This document shows, piece after piece, positions 1-9,701 of a stretch of 64,000 bases of DNA; position 1 is the stretch's first letter; the number at the start of each line of letters is the position of its first letter. The DNA comes from a virus, in the IMG/VR virus record IMGVR_UViG_3300023184_008416, positions 64,001 to 128,000 of that record; one strand, written 5' to 3'. The notes under the pieces are model-generated. The model did not search any database, had not been told where the DNA came from, and saw only the letters and a program-made list of their open reading frames with translations. The position numbers and the translations under genes are program-made.

Positions 1-1521
1 GAAGAAAATTATGACAGGGCAGATCCTGCAGCTGTTCGTTTTAGGTGGGTGACTTTAGGAAACAGGGTTCTTGAAAATTGGGAAATATCACACTTTAGGT
101 TGTTAGGCAATGACATGTTCTTGCCTTACGGTTCTTCAATTATTGAGCCTGCTCGTCGTATTTGGCGACAGTTGATTCTTATTGAAGACGCCATGTTGGT
201 TTACAGAGTTGTTAGAGCTCCTGAACGTCGTGTCTTCTACATTGACGTTGGAGGTATGCCAGCAGAGGCCATCTCTCCATACGTTGAAGAGCAAAAAAGA
301 ACATTAAAATCTAGTCAAGTCATTGATAACACGACGGGAAGAGTTGATTTAAGGTACAATCCTCTTTCGGTTGATGAAGATTACTTTTTACCCGTTAGAG
401 GTGGCGAGACGGGAACAAAAATTGAGACTCTTGCGGGTGGTCAAAATGCGGCAGCAATTGAAGACGTTCAGTACATTCAGAAAAAGCTATTTGCGTCTCT
501 TAAAATTCCACGTGCTTATTTGGGATACGATGAAATGTTATCTTCAAAAGCGACTTTGGCACAAGAAGACATTCGTTTTTCTCGTACAATCAATGTTATT
601 CAGAAGACCATTATTGCTGAATTAAACAAGCTTGCAACAATACACCTTTATGCAAATGGATTTGATCAAGACGATCTTGTTAATTTCACACTTAAATTAT
701 CCAATCCTTCTACAATTGCCCAACAACAAAAATTAGAACTCTGGCGTGCCAGATTCGAAATAGCAACATCAGGTTTGGGCGAAGGAATGACGTCCAAAAA
801 ATTTGTTAGAAAAGAAATTTTAGGACTTAATGACGATCAAATAGATGCAATTGATTCACAACGTTATGATGAAAAAATTGTTGAAAGTATGATTGAGGCT
901 GCAAAACCCGAAGAAGGTGGTGAGGGTGGTTCTGAAGCTGGCGGTGAAGAAACCGGTGGTGAAGAAGGCGGCGGAGAAGATTTATTTGGTGGTGGTGAAG
1001 AGGAAAAAGAGGCTGAAAAACCCGAAGGGGGTAAAGAGGCAGGTGGTGAAGAAAAACCAGAAAATGCCGGTGAACCCGATGAAGGTGGTATAGACTTGTT
1101 GACAGCCAATGATGACCTTGATAATGAAGTAATACAATTATCAGCAAGAGACAGAAGAATTAAGAAACCATTACCTGTCAGGGTAAGTGATAAAGTAAAT
1201 CTTAGAAAGCACAACAGGAACAGGCAGAGGAAACAAGGGAGTGGTGACAAGAGGTCAGAACTTGTAACACCAGATTTTGTGAAAATGACGTCCGATTTTG
1301 AGTCCTTAAACAACCCCTCAGACCCTGATTGGTTTAAATCATTTGTTTCAAACCCCATGGGGGAAAACGTTGAATCTCCCCGTCGACGCGGCTTGCCAGG
1401 AGACATGATAAAGACGCTCGAAAAAATGTCGAATGCGCTCGGGCCAGCAACAAAACGTGGAGTCATCAGTGAAGCGTCAGGATTAGATTTAGAACTATTT
1501 AACGAGGAAGATTCAGAATGA
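1..1521 (+). CDS. Portal protein (T4 gp20-like), 5' end outside the window
   Basis: Frame is open from base 1. Contains gp20-type motifs IEDAMLVYRVVRAPERRVFYIDVG, EDYFLPVRGG, TKIETLAGG and KKLFASLKIP, plus an acidic Gly/Glu-rich C-terminal tail. Confidence 0.93.
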   Translation, partial: EENYDRADPAAVRFRWVTLGNRVLENWEISHFRLLGNDMFLPYGSSIIEPARRIWRQLILIEDAMLVYRVVRAPERRVFYIDVGGMPAEAISPYVEEQKRTLKSSQVIDNTTGRVDLRYNPLSVDEDYFLPVRGGETGTKIETLAGGQNAAAIEDVQYIQKKLFASLKIPRAYLGYDEMLSSKATLAQEDIRFSRTINVIQKTIIAELNKLATIHLYANGFDQDDLVNFTLKLSNPSTIAQQQKLELWRARFEIATSGLGEGMTSKKFVRKEILGLNDDQIDAIDSQRYDEKIVESMIEAAKPEEGGEGGSEAGGEETGGEEGGGEDLFGGGEEEKEAEKPEGGKEAGGEEKPENAGEPDEGGIDLLTANDDLDNEVIQLSARDRRIKKPLPVRVSDKVNLRKHNRNRQRKQGSGDKRSELVTPDFVKMTSDFESLNNPSDPDWFKSFVSNPMGENVESPRRRGLPGDMIKTLEKMSNALGPATKRGVISEASGLDLELFNEEDSE

Positions 1522-2369
1522 GCACGACACACAACAAGAAAAGAAACAGTTGTCTTATCTATGAATTTTTGGTGCGTCATATCAGCACAGCGCTGGTTAA
1601 CGATGATAAAAAATCATCCAATGCCGCTCTAAAGATACTGAAACAATATTACAGACCTGGGACAGAACTTTATAAAGAGTTTAGGTTGCTGAATGCACTT
1701 GCTACTACATCTGTTAGCAGCGAGGCTGTTGCTGTGTCAATATTGAGCGAAGCGAAGAGTGCTGCAAGGTCTCATGACGTTCACCAGCTAGATGCAGAAA
1801 AGACAGCCTTGATACATTCCATCAATCGTTCCATATCAGACGTTGATTTTTATGATCAGCCCATCAGTGAATACAAGACCTTGGCTACAACGCAATCATT
1901 GATTAATTTTTGGCGCACACCAAATCATGATTTTCTTGACAAGCAGGCACAGTATGAAGATACAATTTTGCGTCATCTGGTGACACAAAAGGAAATTCGT
2001 GATGCACAGAAGCTAAACGAAGAATCAATTGGAACAAATAGATTATTGTTTAAGGTTTTGCTTCGAAAAATTAACGACAAGTATTCTGGCACTTTAACAA
2101 CGGAACAAAAATCTTTGCTTAAAGCTTATGCTTTTTCTGAAGCAAATGGCGACGATACCATCGTTAAAAAGATGACAGAAATAAAAAGTGATCTCTTGAG
2201 TTCTTTGGATCAACAGCTAATAAAAGAGAATGGTAATAGTTACATGTCTAAAAAATTGCGTGAAGTTAAAGATGAAGTTTTAACAACGAGCGTCTCTCCC
2301 ACTGACGATAACATCACAAAATTTATGTTGTTCACCAAACTAAAAACTGAACTCATCTCGGAGGAATGA
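1518..2369 (+). CDS. Hypothetical head-module protein
   Basis: 283 aa helical-looking ORF overlapping the portal stop (ATGA), lying between portal and protease. Confidence 0.75.
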   Translation: MSTTHNKKRNSCLIYEFLVRHISTALVNDDKKSSNAALKILKQYYRPGTELYKEFRLLNALATTSVSSEAVAVSILSEAKSAARSHDVHQLDAEKTALIHSINRSISDVDFYDQPISEYKTLATTQSLINFWRTPNHDFLDKQAQYEDTILRHLVTQKEIRDAQKLNEESIGTNRLLFKVLLRKINDKYSGTLTTEQKSLLKAYAFSEANGDDTIVKKMTEIKSDLLSSLDQQLIKENGNSYMSKKLREVKDEVLTTSVSPTDDNITKFMLFTKLKTELISEE

Positions 2370-2370
2370 A

Positions 2371-2973
2371 ATGAAACTTTTAAATTCATACGAAATTTTT
2401 GATTACACGCCTGAGACCCTTAGGGAATCTCGTGAAAAAAACAATGGAAAAATTGTGATGAAGGGTATCCTCCAGAAGGCCAACACTCTGAACCAAAACG
2501 GTAGAATTTATCCTAGAGAAATTTTGGAGCGTGAGGTTCGCAATTATCAAAAATTTATCATTGAAAATCGAGCAGTTGGTGAGCTTGACCATCCAGATTC
2601 TTCTGTCGTTAACTTGAAGAACGTATCTCATATTGTTCGTGAAGCGTACTTTGATAAAGACGTTGTTTACGGATCTGTGGAATTATTGGATACGCCTTCT
2701 GGAAAAATTCTTCAATCTCTGGTTGAATCAGGTGTTAAATTAGGAATCTCTTCTCGCGGCGTCGGTTCGACTCGTAGAGACGGAGATTATCAAGTGGTCC
2801 AAGATGATTTTCAGTTAATTTGTTGGGACTACGTTTCAGAACCATCAACACCTGGTGCTTTCATGATGGCCGAAGGAAAGACAATCAACACAAGCGAATT
2901 AAAGTCCGTCTTTAATAAATCTGATCGCATCAATCGCATAATCAACGACATCATGTCAATAAAAAAGTCGTGA
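2371..2973 (+). CDS. Prohead core protease (T4 gp21-like)
   Basis: Motifs NQNGRIYP, GELDHP, LLDTPSGKI, LGISSRGVGS and DYVSEPSTPGAF. Confidence 0.95.
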   Translation: MKLLNSYEIFDYTPETLRESREKNNGKIVMKGILQKANTLNQNGRIYPREILEREVRNYQKFIIENRAVGELDHPDSSVVNLKNVSHIVREAYFDKDVVYGSVELLDTPSGKILQSLVESGVKLGISSRGVGSTRRDGDYQVVQDDFQLICWDYVSEPSTPGAFMMAEGKTINTSELKSVFNKSDRINRIINDIMSIKKS

Positions 2974-3001
2974 AAGTCAATATTGAAGAAAGATATTTAA
3001 A

Positions 3002-3415
3002 ATGTCATTGAATAACACAAGATCGGGTCTCAACAATACAGCAGAATTTGTTACTTCTGCTCTTCCTTGGGTGATAACCGGGACGACTTCTGGAACAGAC
3101 GTTATTACATACACTTTACCCAAAGTCAGCAAAAATATAATTTTGATGAATAACGCCAGTACGGGCAATTATCTACGATTAGGGTTTACTAAGAATGGCA
3201 TTAATGCGGTAGAAGACAAATATTATTTTAATGTTGATGGTGGTCAATCAATTAGTCTTGACGTACGGGTAAAAACTTTTTTTGTGAGAGCAGATTCGTC
3301 AGGCACACTTGATTTTAGCATTTATGCAGGATTAACGACGATAGACAATATTATGATGCCGACTTTAACGGGAAGCCTTGCTGTTCATGGAGATGGTTGG
3401 GAAGGAGTGGGATGA
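3002..3415 (+). CDS. Hypothetical beta-rich virion protein
   Basis: 137 aa ORF in the head module with a beta-strand-like pattern. Confidence 0.65.
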   Translation: MSLNNTRSGLNNTAEFVTSALPWVITGTTSGTDVITYTLPKVSKNIILMNNASTGNYLRLGFTKNGINAVEDKYYFNVDGGQSISLDVRVKTFFVRADSSGTLDFSIYAGLTTIDNIMMPTLTGSLAVHGDGWEGVG

Positions 3416-3416
3416 T

Positions 3417-3848
3417 ATGAAATTAACTAAGCAACAACTAAAAGACGTGGTCAAAGAATGCCTTGTTGAAATATTGAGTGAGGGTGTAACACCTGTAAGA
3501 AGAAACTCCCAGACTTCAAGTCCTTCATTAAGTGAATCAAGTTTTCGTGACAAATCAACAACAAAACAAAATCAAAAACAACAAATCGTTCCCGATCAAC
3601 AAAGCAGGGCTCTGTATGAAGCGATACGAAGAGAGTCCAATGGCGATCCTGTGATGGCTGAAATTCTAGCAGACACTGCAATAAAAACCTTACCTGCGAT
3701 GCAAGAAGCAGAATCTCGTCGTCAACCGATTGTTACCGGAACAGTAGAAAAATTGGTCAGTGAATCTGATCCTAAAAACCTTTTTGGTGAGGATGTGGCA
3801 TCTAAATGGGCTGCTCTTGCTTTTAATGAAATTGGCAAAAAAAATTAG
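3417..3848 (+). CDS. Hypothetical protein, putative internal head protein
   Basis: ATG 3417 follows the upstream stop. N-terminus MKLTKQQLKDVVKECLVEILSE. Confidence 0.65.
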   Translation: MKLTKQQLKDVVKECLVEILSEGVTPVRRNSQTSSPSLSESSFRDKSTTKQNQKQQIVPDQQSRALYEAIRRESNGDPVMAEILADTAIKTLPAMQEAESRRQPIVTGTVEKLVSESDPKNLFGEDVASKWAALAFNEIGKKN

Positions 3849-3894
3849 CAAATCATTTTTAACATATACTTAAGGCTTAGCTGAGGTATTCATT

Positions 3895-4137
3895 ATGAAA
3901 CTTACATCTTCAATGTTACGCACACTTGTTATGGAGGAAGTCGCCAAGCTTAAATCTGACAAGCTTGATGCGGAAGCCGCCAAGGAAACAGACGCCGACG
4001 CGCTCGCTGATTCTCTTGAAAATCATATTGACTACGTTAAGGCTCTTAAGATCAAAGAGTCAAGACTTGTGAGTCAATTGAAACAAGTTCGTGAGCAAAA
4101 AGAAAAAATCGTTCGTAAGATCATCGGTTCAAAGTGA
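3895..4137 (+). CDS. Small coiled-coil protein, putative prohead core protein
   Basis: GAGG Shine-Dalgarno (SD) upstream. N-terminus MKLTSSMLRTLVMEEV. Confidence 0.65.
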   Translation: MKLTSSMLRTLVMEEVAKLKSDKLDAEAAKETDADALADSLENHIDYVKALKIKESRLVSQLKQVREQKEKIVRKIIGSK

Positions 4138-4172
4138 TCGTTGGATTTAACATTTGATTGGAGGGTAACAAA

Positions 4173-4736
4173 ATGCCAGGTGAAGGAAAATATTCAAACT
4201 ATCTTGACAAAATGCCAGATGAAAAGTCTGGCGGTATTTCTTCTGCAAAACTTGTCCTCTTGAAGAAGTTGTTTCCAACTGCACCATCTTTAAATAAAGA
4301 TGATGTTTTAAAACGTGCTCTAGAGAACTTAACCCCGGCTGAGCAAAATACGCCTGATCCTGCATTTGCAAATTTAAATGGAAAAGTCAATCTCAATTAT
4401 GCCGGTTCGCCAAATTTAAATGATGTTAAATTTAATTCTCCCGGTGGACCATCAACCCCTTACACACCCGACATTAGATCACCAGGTTCAGCAGTACCTG
4501 TTGATCAATTGGGTAGCACAGACACGACATCAATTAACACAAACCTAAAACCAGCGTCAGGTGATCCCGGCGTTGCACCCGCTGATTTCCATAAAAATTA
4601 TGTCCCTGGAACTCTAGACAGCGGCACTAAATCTCCAGCTCTCCAGACTGAAAAAGTAGCATCAAAAGTTGAATTGGGTAAATCATTACCCGTCAGCAAC
4701 ATGGATGATAATTCTGGAGGCGAAATCTACAAGTGA
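4173..4736 (+). CDS. Hypothetical Pro-rich protein
   Basis: GGAGG SD at 4160-4164 and ATG at 4173. Confidence 0.7.
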   Translation: MPGEGKYSNYLDKMPDEKSGGISSAKLVLLKKLFPTAPSLNKDDVLKRALENLTPAEQNTPDPAFANLNGKVNLNYAGSPNLNDVKFNSPGGPSTPYTPDIRSPGSAVPVDQLGSTDTTSINTNLKPASGDPGVAPADFHKNYVPGTLDSGTKSPALQTEKVASKVELGKSLPVSNMDDNSGGEIYK

Positions 4737-4755
4737 TTCGAACCGAGGAAGGAAC

Positions 4756-6729
4756 ATGAGCAAACAACTTTACGAGGAGGCCCTGGCAGAAGTTCGCCAG
4801 CTAAAACAACTGGCTGAAGACAACGCCAAAAAAGCCATCATAGACGAAGTGACGCCAAGAATTCGTGCGCTCATTGAGTCTCAACTTGTCGGTGAAACAA
4901 CCGTCGAAGAAACAGACGAAAGCGCCAACACAGAAGAAAGCGTTTCTGAAGAGACAGAAGAGACTGCGGCGGAAGGCAAGGATGATTCATCTTTGTCTGA
5001 AGATCTTTCTGAGAACAAGAAAAAAGTCCTTGAATTAAGACACCTTGTTTTCAAATTAGGTCGCAAAGTTAATTCACTAAAACTTGTTGAACCCAGTTTA
5101 TTCGCATCTCGCAAAGAAGGCCTTGCCGAAGCGTTAAAGACGACATATGTTCTGACCCAGGAGTCAGTGACCGATGAAACGGTCAAAAATTTGTTACAGG
5201 AAAGATTAGATACATACTACAGAACCTTACTTCAACAGGAGCCACAGATGATTTCCAGAAAAAATCGCCTCAACGAAGCAGACCTCAACGTCAAAATCAA
5301 AGGATTTTCTGACGAAGCAATTTCAAGCGATGAACTCGACAAATTAAGCGTTGAAATTGTTCCTGATACGGACGAGGCAGAGGACGACGAAGAGGCCGGT
5401 GGCGAAGAGGAAGAGTCTAATGACGAAGACCTCCTCGGCGGTGAAGAGTCTGGCGAAGAAAAATCAGGCGAAGAAGGATCTGATGAAAAAGACTTATTTG
5501 GTTCTGATGAAGAACCTGAAGAGAAAGAAACAAAATTGGAGGGTAGAAGAATGAATGGAATTGCGATGCTCAAAAACGACACAGTTGTCGAAATAGACGA
5601 GGGCATGCTGCGTCGGGAGATCGCACGCATGAAGGCTCTCCGTGAAGGTAAAGTCGAAGGCAAATCAGTTGCTGGCAAGAAAATGACTCCCGGAGTCCTC
5701 TCGGCTTTCGGTGGCGGTCACGACGAAGGTGATGCTTGGCTCGATGGTAAGGTCACAACAGAAGGTCTTGATGAAGACATGATGGACGAGAGTGACGATC
5801 TTGAAGAAGCCGATGAAGTGGACGAAGTTTATGAAGTCCATGGAATGGAAGAAGGCGACGAACTTGATGAACTTGTCAAAGAACTTACTTCTGGCCACGA
5901 AGACGAAGCTCACAAAGTTGACCACGAACCCGAAACTCACAAAGTTGATGACGAAGACGAAGACGAAGCTCACTCCATGGATCCACATGGCGTTCACTCG
6001 GCTGAAGGGCTTGATGAGTACGGCATGGATGAGGATGAAGAGGTTGATGAGGATGAAGAGAAAGAAGTTGCTGAATCTGGCACAGAAAAGTCTGAAGGCG
6101 CCGGACGCCGCCGTGGCGATGCAATTGGACAAAATGTAGCCGATCAGCATCCTTCAATGACAGAATCTCGCCGCAAGCTTGGTCGTGTTCTCGAGACACG
6201 TAAGGCCTCGGCTCATAAAGCCCAGAAGGCACGCCGCATCATGGAAGCTGCCCGTAAGGTCGGTAACAAGGCTGCGTTCCTCAAGGCGAAGAAAGTTTAC
6301 ACAGAGGCCGCTACGACATATGCTCGTGCAACCAAGGCCGCGAGGGTCCTCTCAGAGTCCCTCAAACGCAGCTCCAATAGCCGCGTTGTCGCAGAAACAG
6401 CGACACTCCGCAAACAGTTGGCAGAAACAAATCTGTTCAACGCCAAGCTACTCTACACCAATAAGCTGCTCCAGAACGAGTCCATGACGCCACGTCAAAA
6501 GGTCTCGATCATCGAGAAACTCGATGAAGCTCGCAGCCTACGTGAGGCAAAGCTTGTCTACGAGAGCCTGATGCGTACCATCTCATCAGGTAAGGATCGC
6601 GTCAATGAAGGCGCCGATCGTCAGGTGTTAGGTTCAGCCTCACGTGCAACCAGGCCAGCCTCCACCGTGTCGCTCAACGAGGGCATTGAGGCATCTCGCT
6701 GGGCCAAACTCGCCGGCATCGTCAAGTGA
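4756..6729 (+). CDS. Prohead scaffold/core protein
   Basis: Directly upstream of the major capsid gene. Very acidic coiled-coil protein with a basic patch, ending NLFNAKLLYTNKLL...RWAKLAGIVK. ATG 4756 follows AGGAAGGA. Confidence 0.8.
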   Translation: MSKQLYEEALAEVRQLKQLAEDNAKKAIIDEVTPRIRALIESQLVGETTVEETDESANTEESVSEETEETAAEGKDDSSLSEDLSENKKKVLELRHLVFKLGRKVNSLKLVEPSLFASRKEGLAEALKTTYVLTQESVTDETVKNLLQERLDTYYRTLLQQEPQMISRKNRLNEADLNVKIKGFSDEAISSDELDKLSVEIVPDTDEAEDDEEAGGEEEESNDEDLLGGEESGEEKSGEEGSDEKDLFGSDEEPEEKETKLEGRRMNGIAMLKNDTVVEIDEGMLRREIARMKALREGKVEGKSVAGKKMTPGVLSAFGGGHDEGDAWLDGKVTTEGLDEDMMDESDDLEEADEVDEVYEVHGMEEGDELDELVKELTSGHEDEAHKVDHEPETHKVDDEDEDEAHSMDPHGVHSAEGLDEYGMDEDEEVDEDEEKEVAESGTEKSEGAGRRRGDAIGQNVADQHPSMTESRRKLGRVLETRKASAHKAQKARRIMEAARKVGNKAAFLKAKKVYTEAATTYARATKAARVLSESLKRSSNSRVVAETATLRKQLAETNLFNAKLLYTNKLLQNESMTPRQKVSIIEKLDEARSLREAKLVYESLMRTISSGKDRVNEGADRQVLGSASRATRPASTVSLNEGIEASRWAKLAGIVK

Positions 6730-6779
6730 TTGATACGGCACAGATTTTTTAACACATCAACTTTATTGGAGAACAACAA

Positions 6780-8681
6780 ATGAAATCATTTTCACTAGAT
6801 CAACTCGCGGAAGGCATCCGCGATCGTAACGTCGGCGCTGAACGCAGCCGACTCATTGAAAAGTGGAGCCGCACAGGCCTCCTCCGCGGACTCGACGGCT
6901 TCAAGCGCGAAGCAATGTCGCAACTCCTCGAAAATCAGGCAGCACAGGTCCTCAAGGAGAGCAACAGCCTCTCCACCGGCGGTGGCAGCGTTGCCTCCTC
7001 CGGCCAGATCCAAGGCTTCACCAACATCGCTTTCCCAATCGTTCGCCGCGTCTTCGGTGGCCTCGTTGCCAACGAACTCGTCTCGATCCAACCAATGAGC
7101 CTCCCAAGCGGACTCATCTTCTACATCGACTACACCTACGGCAGTAACAAGGGTGGCGATGCAGGTGATCTCCTCTCTAACTCGGCTACATACGAGACAT
7201 ACACCCGCGGACAGTCCATCTACAACAACCCAACCGGCCGCGGCGTGCAGTCTGGTTCGTTGGCAACAGGTGGTATGTACGACCTCGTCAATGTTGGTTA
7301 CAGCAAGGTTCACAAGGCCTCGCTCGCCATCTCCGCTTCCAACGCTGATATCGGTGCTTGGAAGGGTGCCGATGGAACAACCTGGGCAGCTGCTGCAGCA
7401 GTTGCAACTCAGCTTGATCTCAGCGGCAGCAACGCTCGCTTCCTCAACTTCGACCCACAGGTCGACACAGACGTCACACAAAATCTTCTCGACGTTTGCT
7501 TCGTCCACGTTCCAACCTCCGCCATCGCGGCCGTCGTTCCAAACGCCGACCTCCTCGCGGTGGAAAATGCTGCTCTCTTTGGTTTCACATCAAACGGAAA
7601 CGCAGCTGCTTGGGGCGAGACATATCAAGGTGGAACAGGCGTCCTCAACCTTCGCCGTCTCACCAAGCGTGGTAACTGGACAGGTTCGGTCTTCACACCA
7701 GACCAACTCAACGGTTCTCACTATCAGTTCGTTGTGAAGCTCTCTAATGGCGGATCGGTTCCATCCGTTGGAACTGCTGCACTCACCGGCTCCTTCGCAA
7801 TTGCTGATAACGTAACAGCAACCTCTGGCGGTACAGGTTCAACTCTCACAGTGCCTTCCTTTGAGTCTGACTTCGGTGCAACCCCATCGCCAGCAATCCC
7901 AGAGATCGACATCAAGATCGAGTCAATCGCCATCACAGCTCAGACCCGTAAGCTCCGTGCTCGTTGGTCGCCAGAGCTCGCACAGGATCTCAACGCTTAC
8001 CACAGCCTCGACGCTGAGGTGGAGCTCACCTCGATCCTCTCGGAGCAAATTGCCCTCGAGATCGATCGCGAGATCCTCAACGACCTCCTCGCAACCGCCA
8101 ACGGCGCGAACTACTACTGGTCTCGTGCACCAGGCAAGTTCGTCAACAAAACAACCGGTGCTCAAATCTCGTTAGCTTCCAGCTTCCAGATTGGTCCACA
8201 ATTCACCGGTACTGTCCGCGAATGGTACGAGACCCTCATCGAAACAATCATCGACGTGGCAAACTCCATCCACCGCAAGACCCTCCGCGGATCCGCGAAC
8301 TTCATGGTCACAAGCCCTGACATCGCAACAATCCTCGAGAGCTCCGTCCTCTACAAGCCCAAGTACACACTCGACGGCGAGGGCCAGGTCGGATCACCAT
8401 TCACCATCGGCGCAGAACAAATCGGTACCCTTAGCAACCGCTTCACCGTCTACAAAGATCCTTACTTCATCCGTAACAAGATCCTCGTCGGCTACAAAGG
8501 CGGCTCCTACCTCGAGACCGGCTACGTCTACGCTCCTTACGTGCCACTCATCGTGACACCAACCATCTTCGCACCAGAGGATTTCACACCCCGCAAGGGC
8601 GTCATGACTCGCTATGGTAAGAAAATGGTGAGATCAGATTTTTACGGCACGGTGACTTGTTTAGACATGAATATCATATAA
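6780..8681 (+). CDS. Major capsid protein (T4 gp23-like)
   Basis: Motifs VSIQPMSLPSGLIFY, TRKLRARWSPELAQDLNAYH, EIDREI, GYKG...GYVYAPYVPL and PRKGVMTRYG. Strong codon bias and a GGAG SD. Confidence 0.97.
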   Translation: MKSFSLDQLAEGIRDRNVGAERSRLIEKWSRTGLLRGLDGFKREAMSQLLENQAAQVLKESNSLSTGGGSVASSGQIQGFTNIAFPIVRRVFGGLVANELVSIQPMSLPSGLIFYIDYTYGSNKGGDAGDLLSNSATYETYTRGQSIYNNPTGRGVQSGSLATGGMYDLVNVGYSKVHKASLAISASNADIGAWKGADGTTWAAAAAVATQLDLSGSNARFLNFDPQVDTDVTQNLLDVCFVHVPTSAIAAVVPNADLLAVENAALFGFTSNGNAAAWGETYQGGTGVLNLRRLTKRGNWTGSVFTPDQLNGSHYQFVVKLSNGGSVPSVGTAALTGSFAIADNVTATSGGTGSTLTVPSFESDFGATPSPAIPEIDIKIESIAITAQTRKLRARWSPELAQDLNAYHSLDAEVELTSILSEQIALEIDREILNDLLATANGANYYWSRAPGKFVNKTTGAQISLASSFQIGPQFTGTVREWYETLIETIIDVANSIHRKTLRGSANFMVTSPDIATILESSVLYKPKYTLDGEGQVGSPFTIGAEQIGTLSNRFTVYKDPYFIRNKILVGYKGGSYLETGYVYAPYVPLIVTPTIFAPEDFTPRKGVMTRYGKKMVRSDFYGTVTCLDMNII

Positions 8682-8705
8682 TCACAAACTACCAAGTTTG
8701 AGCGG

Positions 8706-8731
8706 AAAGGCCTTCGAAAGAGGGCCTTTTT
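8706..8731 (+). terminator. Rho-independent terminator after the capsid gene
   Basis: AAAGGCCTTC-GAAA-GAGGGCCTTTTT hairpin with T-tract. Confidence 0.85.
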
Positions 8732-8785
8732 GCTTTTCTGCTGTTTGTTTTTTACAATTCGCTAATTACCATGTATTTTTAAATC

Positions 8786-9646
8786 ATGATTACATGCAAA
8801 GAATGTGGTTGCGAATGTTCGGCTCAGAATGCTTTAGGATATCACTTACGATCTCATGGTCTGTCATATCCTGACTATGTTGTCAAACACGAATACGATA
8901 ATGTTTGGCCTCATTGTCATTGTGGAATAAAACTTCATTATAAGAAAGGAGGCTTTTCTCGTTTCTGTTCTAAGTCTTGTGCAGTGAGTGGAACCAATAA
9001 TCCAATGTCAGGAAAGATTGGAGATAAATCTCCGAATTATGGATTGAAAAGAACCAAAGAACAATTAAAGCATTATTCTGAAGGTTCCAAGAAGCGATGG
9101 CAGATTCATGGTAATAAGCTTCGAGAGATGATGCAGACATCGGAATACAGAGAAGCTCAATCAAAATCAAACAAAATTTCCTATGCAACTTCAGATAGAG
9201 CCAAAAGAACATCAGAATCAGTCAACCGTTTCTGGGCCGAATCACCTTTGGCCCCTGTTCTTCGTGAGGAAGCATCACAACGAGCGATTAAGTTACTTTC
9301 AGAAAACAAGATTGGACCACAGGCACCATTCAAACGTGAGACTTTGATTAATCCATGGACAGGCGAAGAAGAGCACATGCATTCATCATGGGAGTCTATC
9401 TTTTTCCAGTCGTGCATTTCAAGAAGATATGAAGTGACTAAGAATCATGGAATAACGATTCCATATAGGCATCCAGATGGAACGACTAGAAACTATATTC
9501 CTGATTTCTTTGGGAAGGAAGACAGGGTGTTGTACGAGATGAAGGGACGACATGATGAAGTCGATGAAGCTAAATGGTTAGCAGCACAGGAATATTGCGA
9601 CAGAATGGGTTGGGGATTTGTGGTGATGTTGTCTCCTGAAATTTGA
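8786..9646 (+). CDS. Putative homing endonuclease (zinc finger + TnsA-like PD-(D/E)XK domain)
   Basis: N-terminal CxxC...HxxxH and CHCG...FCSKSC. C-terminal HSSWE...YIPDF...YEMKG...KWLAA. Confidence 0.75.
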   Translation: MITCKECGCECSAQNALGYHLRSHGLSYPDYVVKHEYDNVWPHCHCGIKLHYKKGGFSRFCSKSCAVSGTNNPMSGKIGDKSPNYGLKRTKEQLKHYSEGSKKRWQIHGNKLREMMQTSEYREAQSKSNKISYATSDRAKRTSESVNRFWAESPLAPVLREEASQRAIKLLSENKIGPQAPFKRETLINPWTGEEEHMHSSWESIFFQSCISRRYEVTKNHGITIPYRHPDGTTRNYIPDFFGKEDRVLYEMKGRHDEVDEAKWLAAQEYCDRMGWGFVVMLSPEI

Positions 9647-9701
9647 TTATTACAACCCCAGATTTGTTGATACTATATAGTCCATATAAGGGTGTAATGA
9701 C

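Noticed and set aside
6795-8165. Long antisense ORFs over the capsid gene (similar ones at 35651-36184, 38022-38912 and 45931-46830)
   Set aside because: They are shadows of biased codon usage in real genes and have no motifs or start signals.
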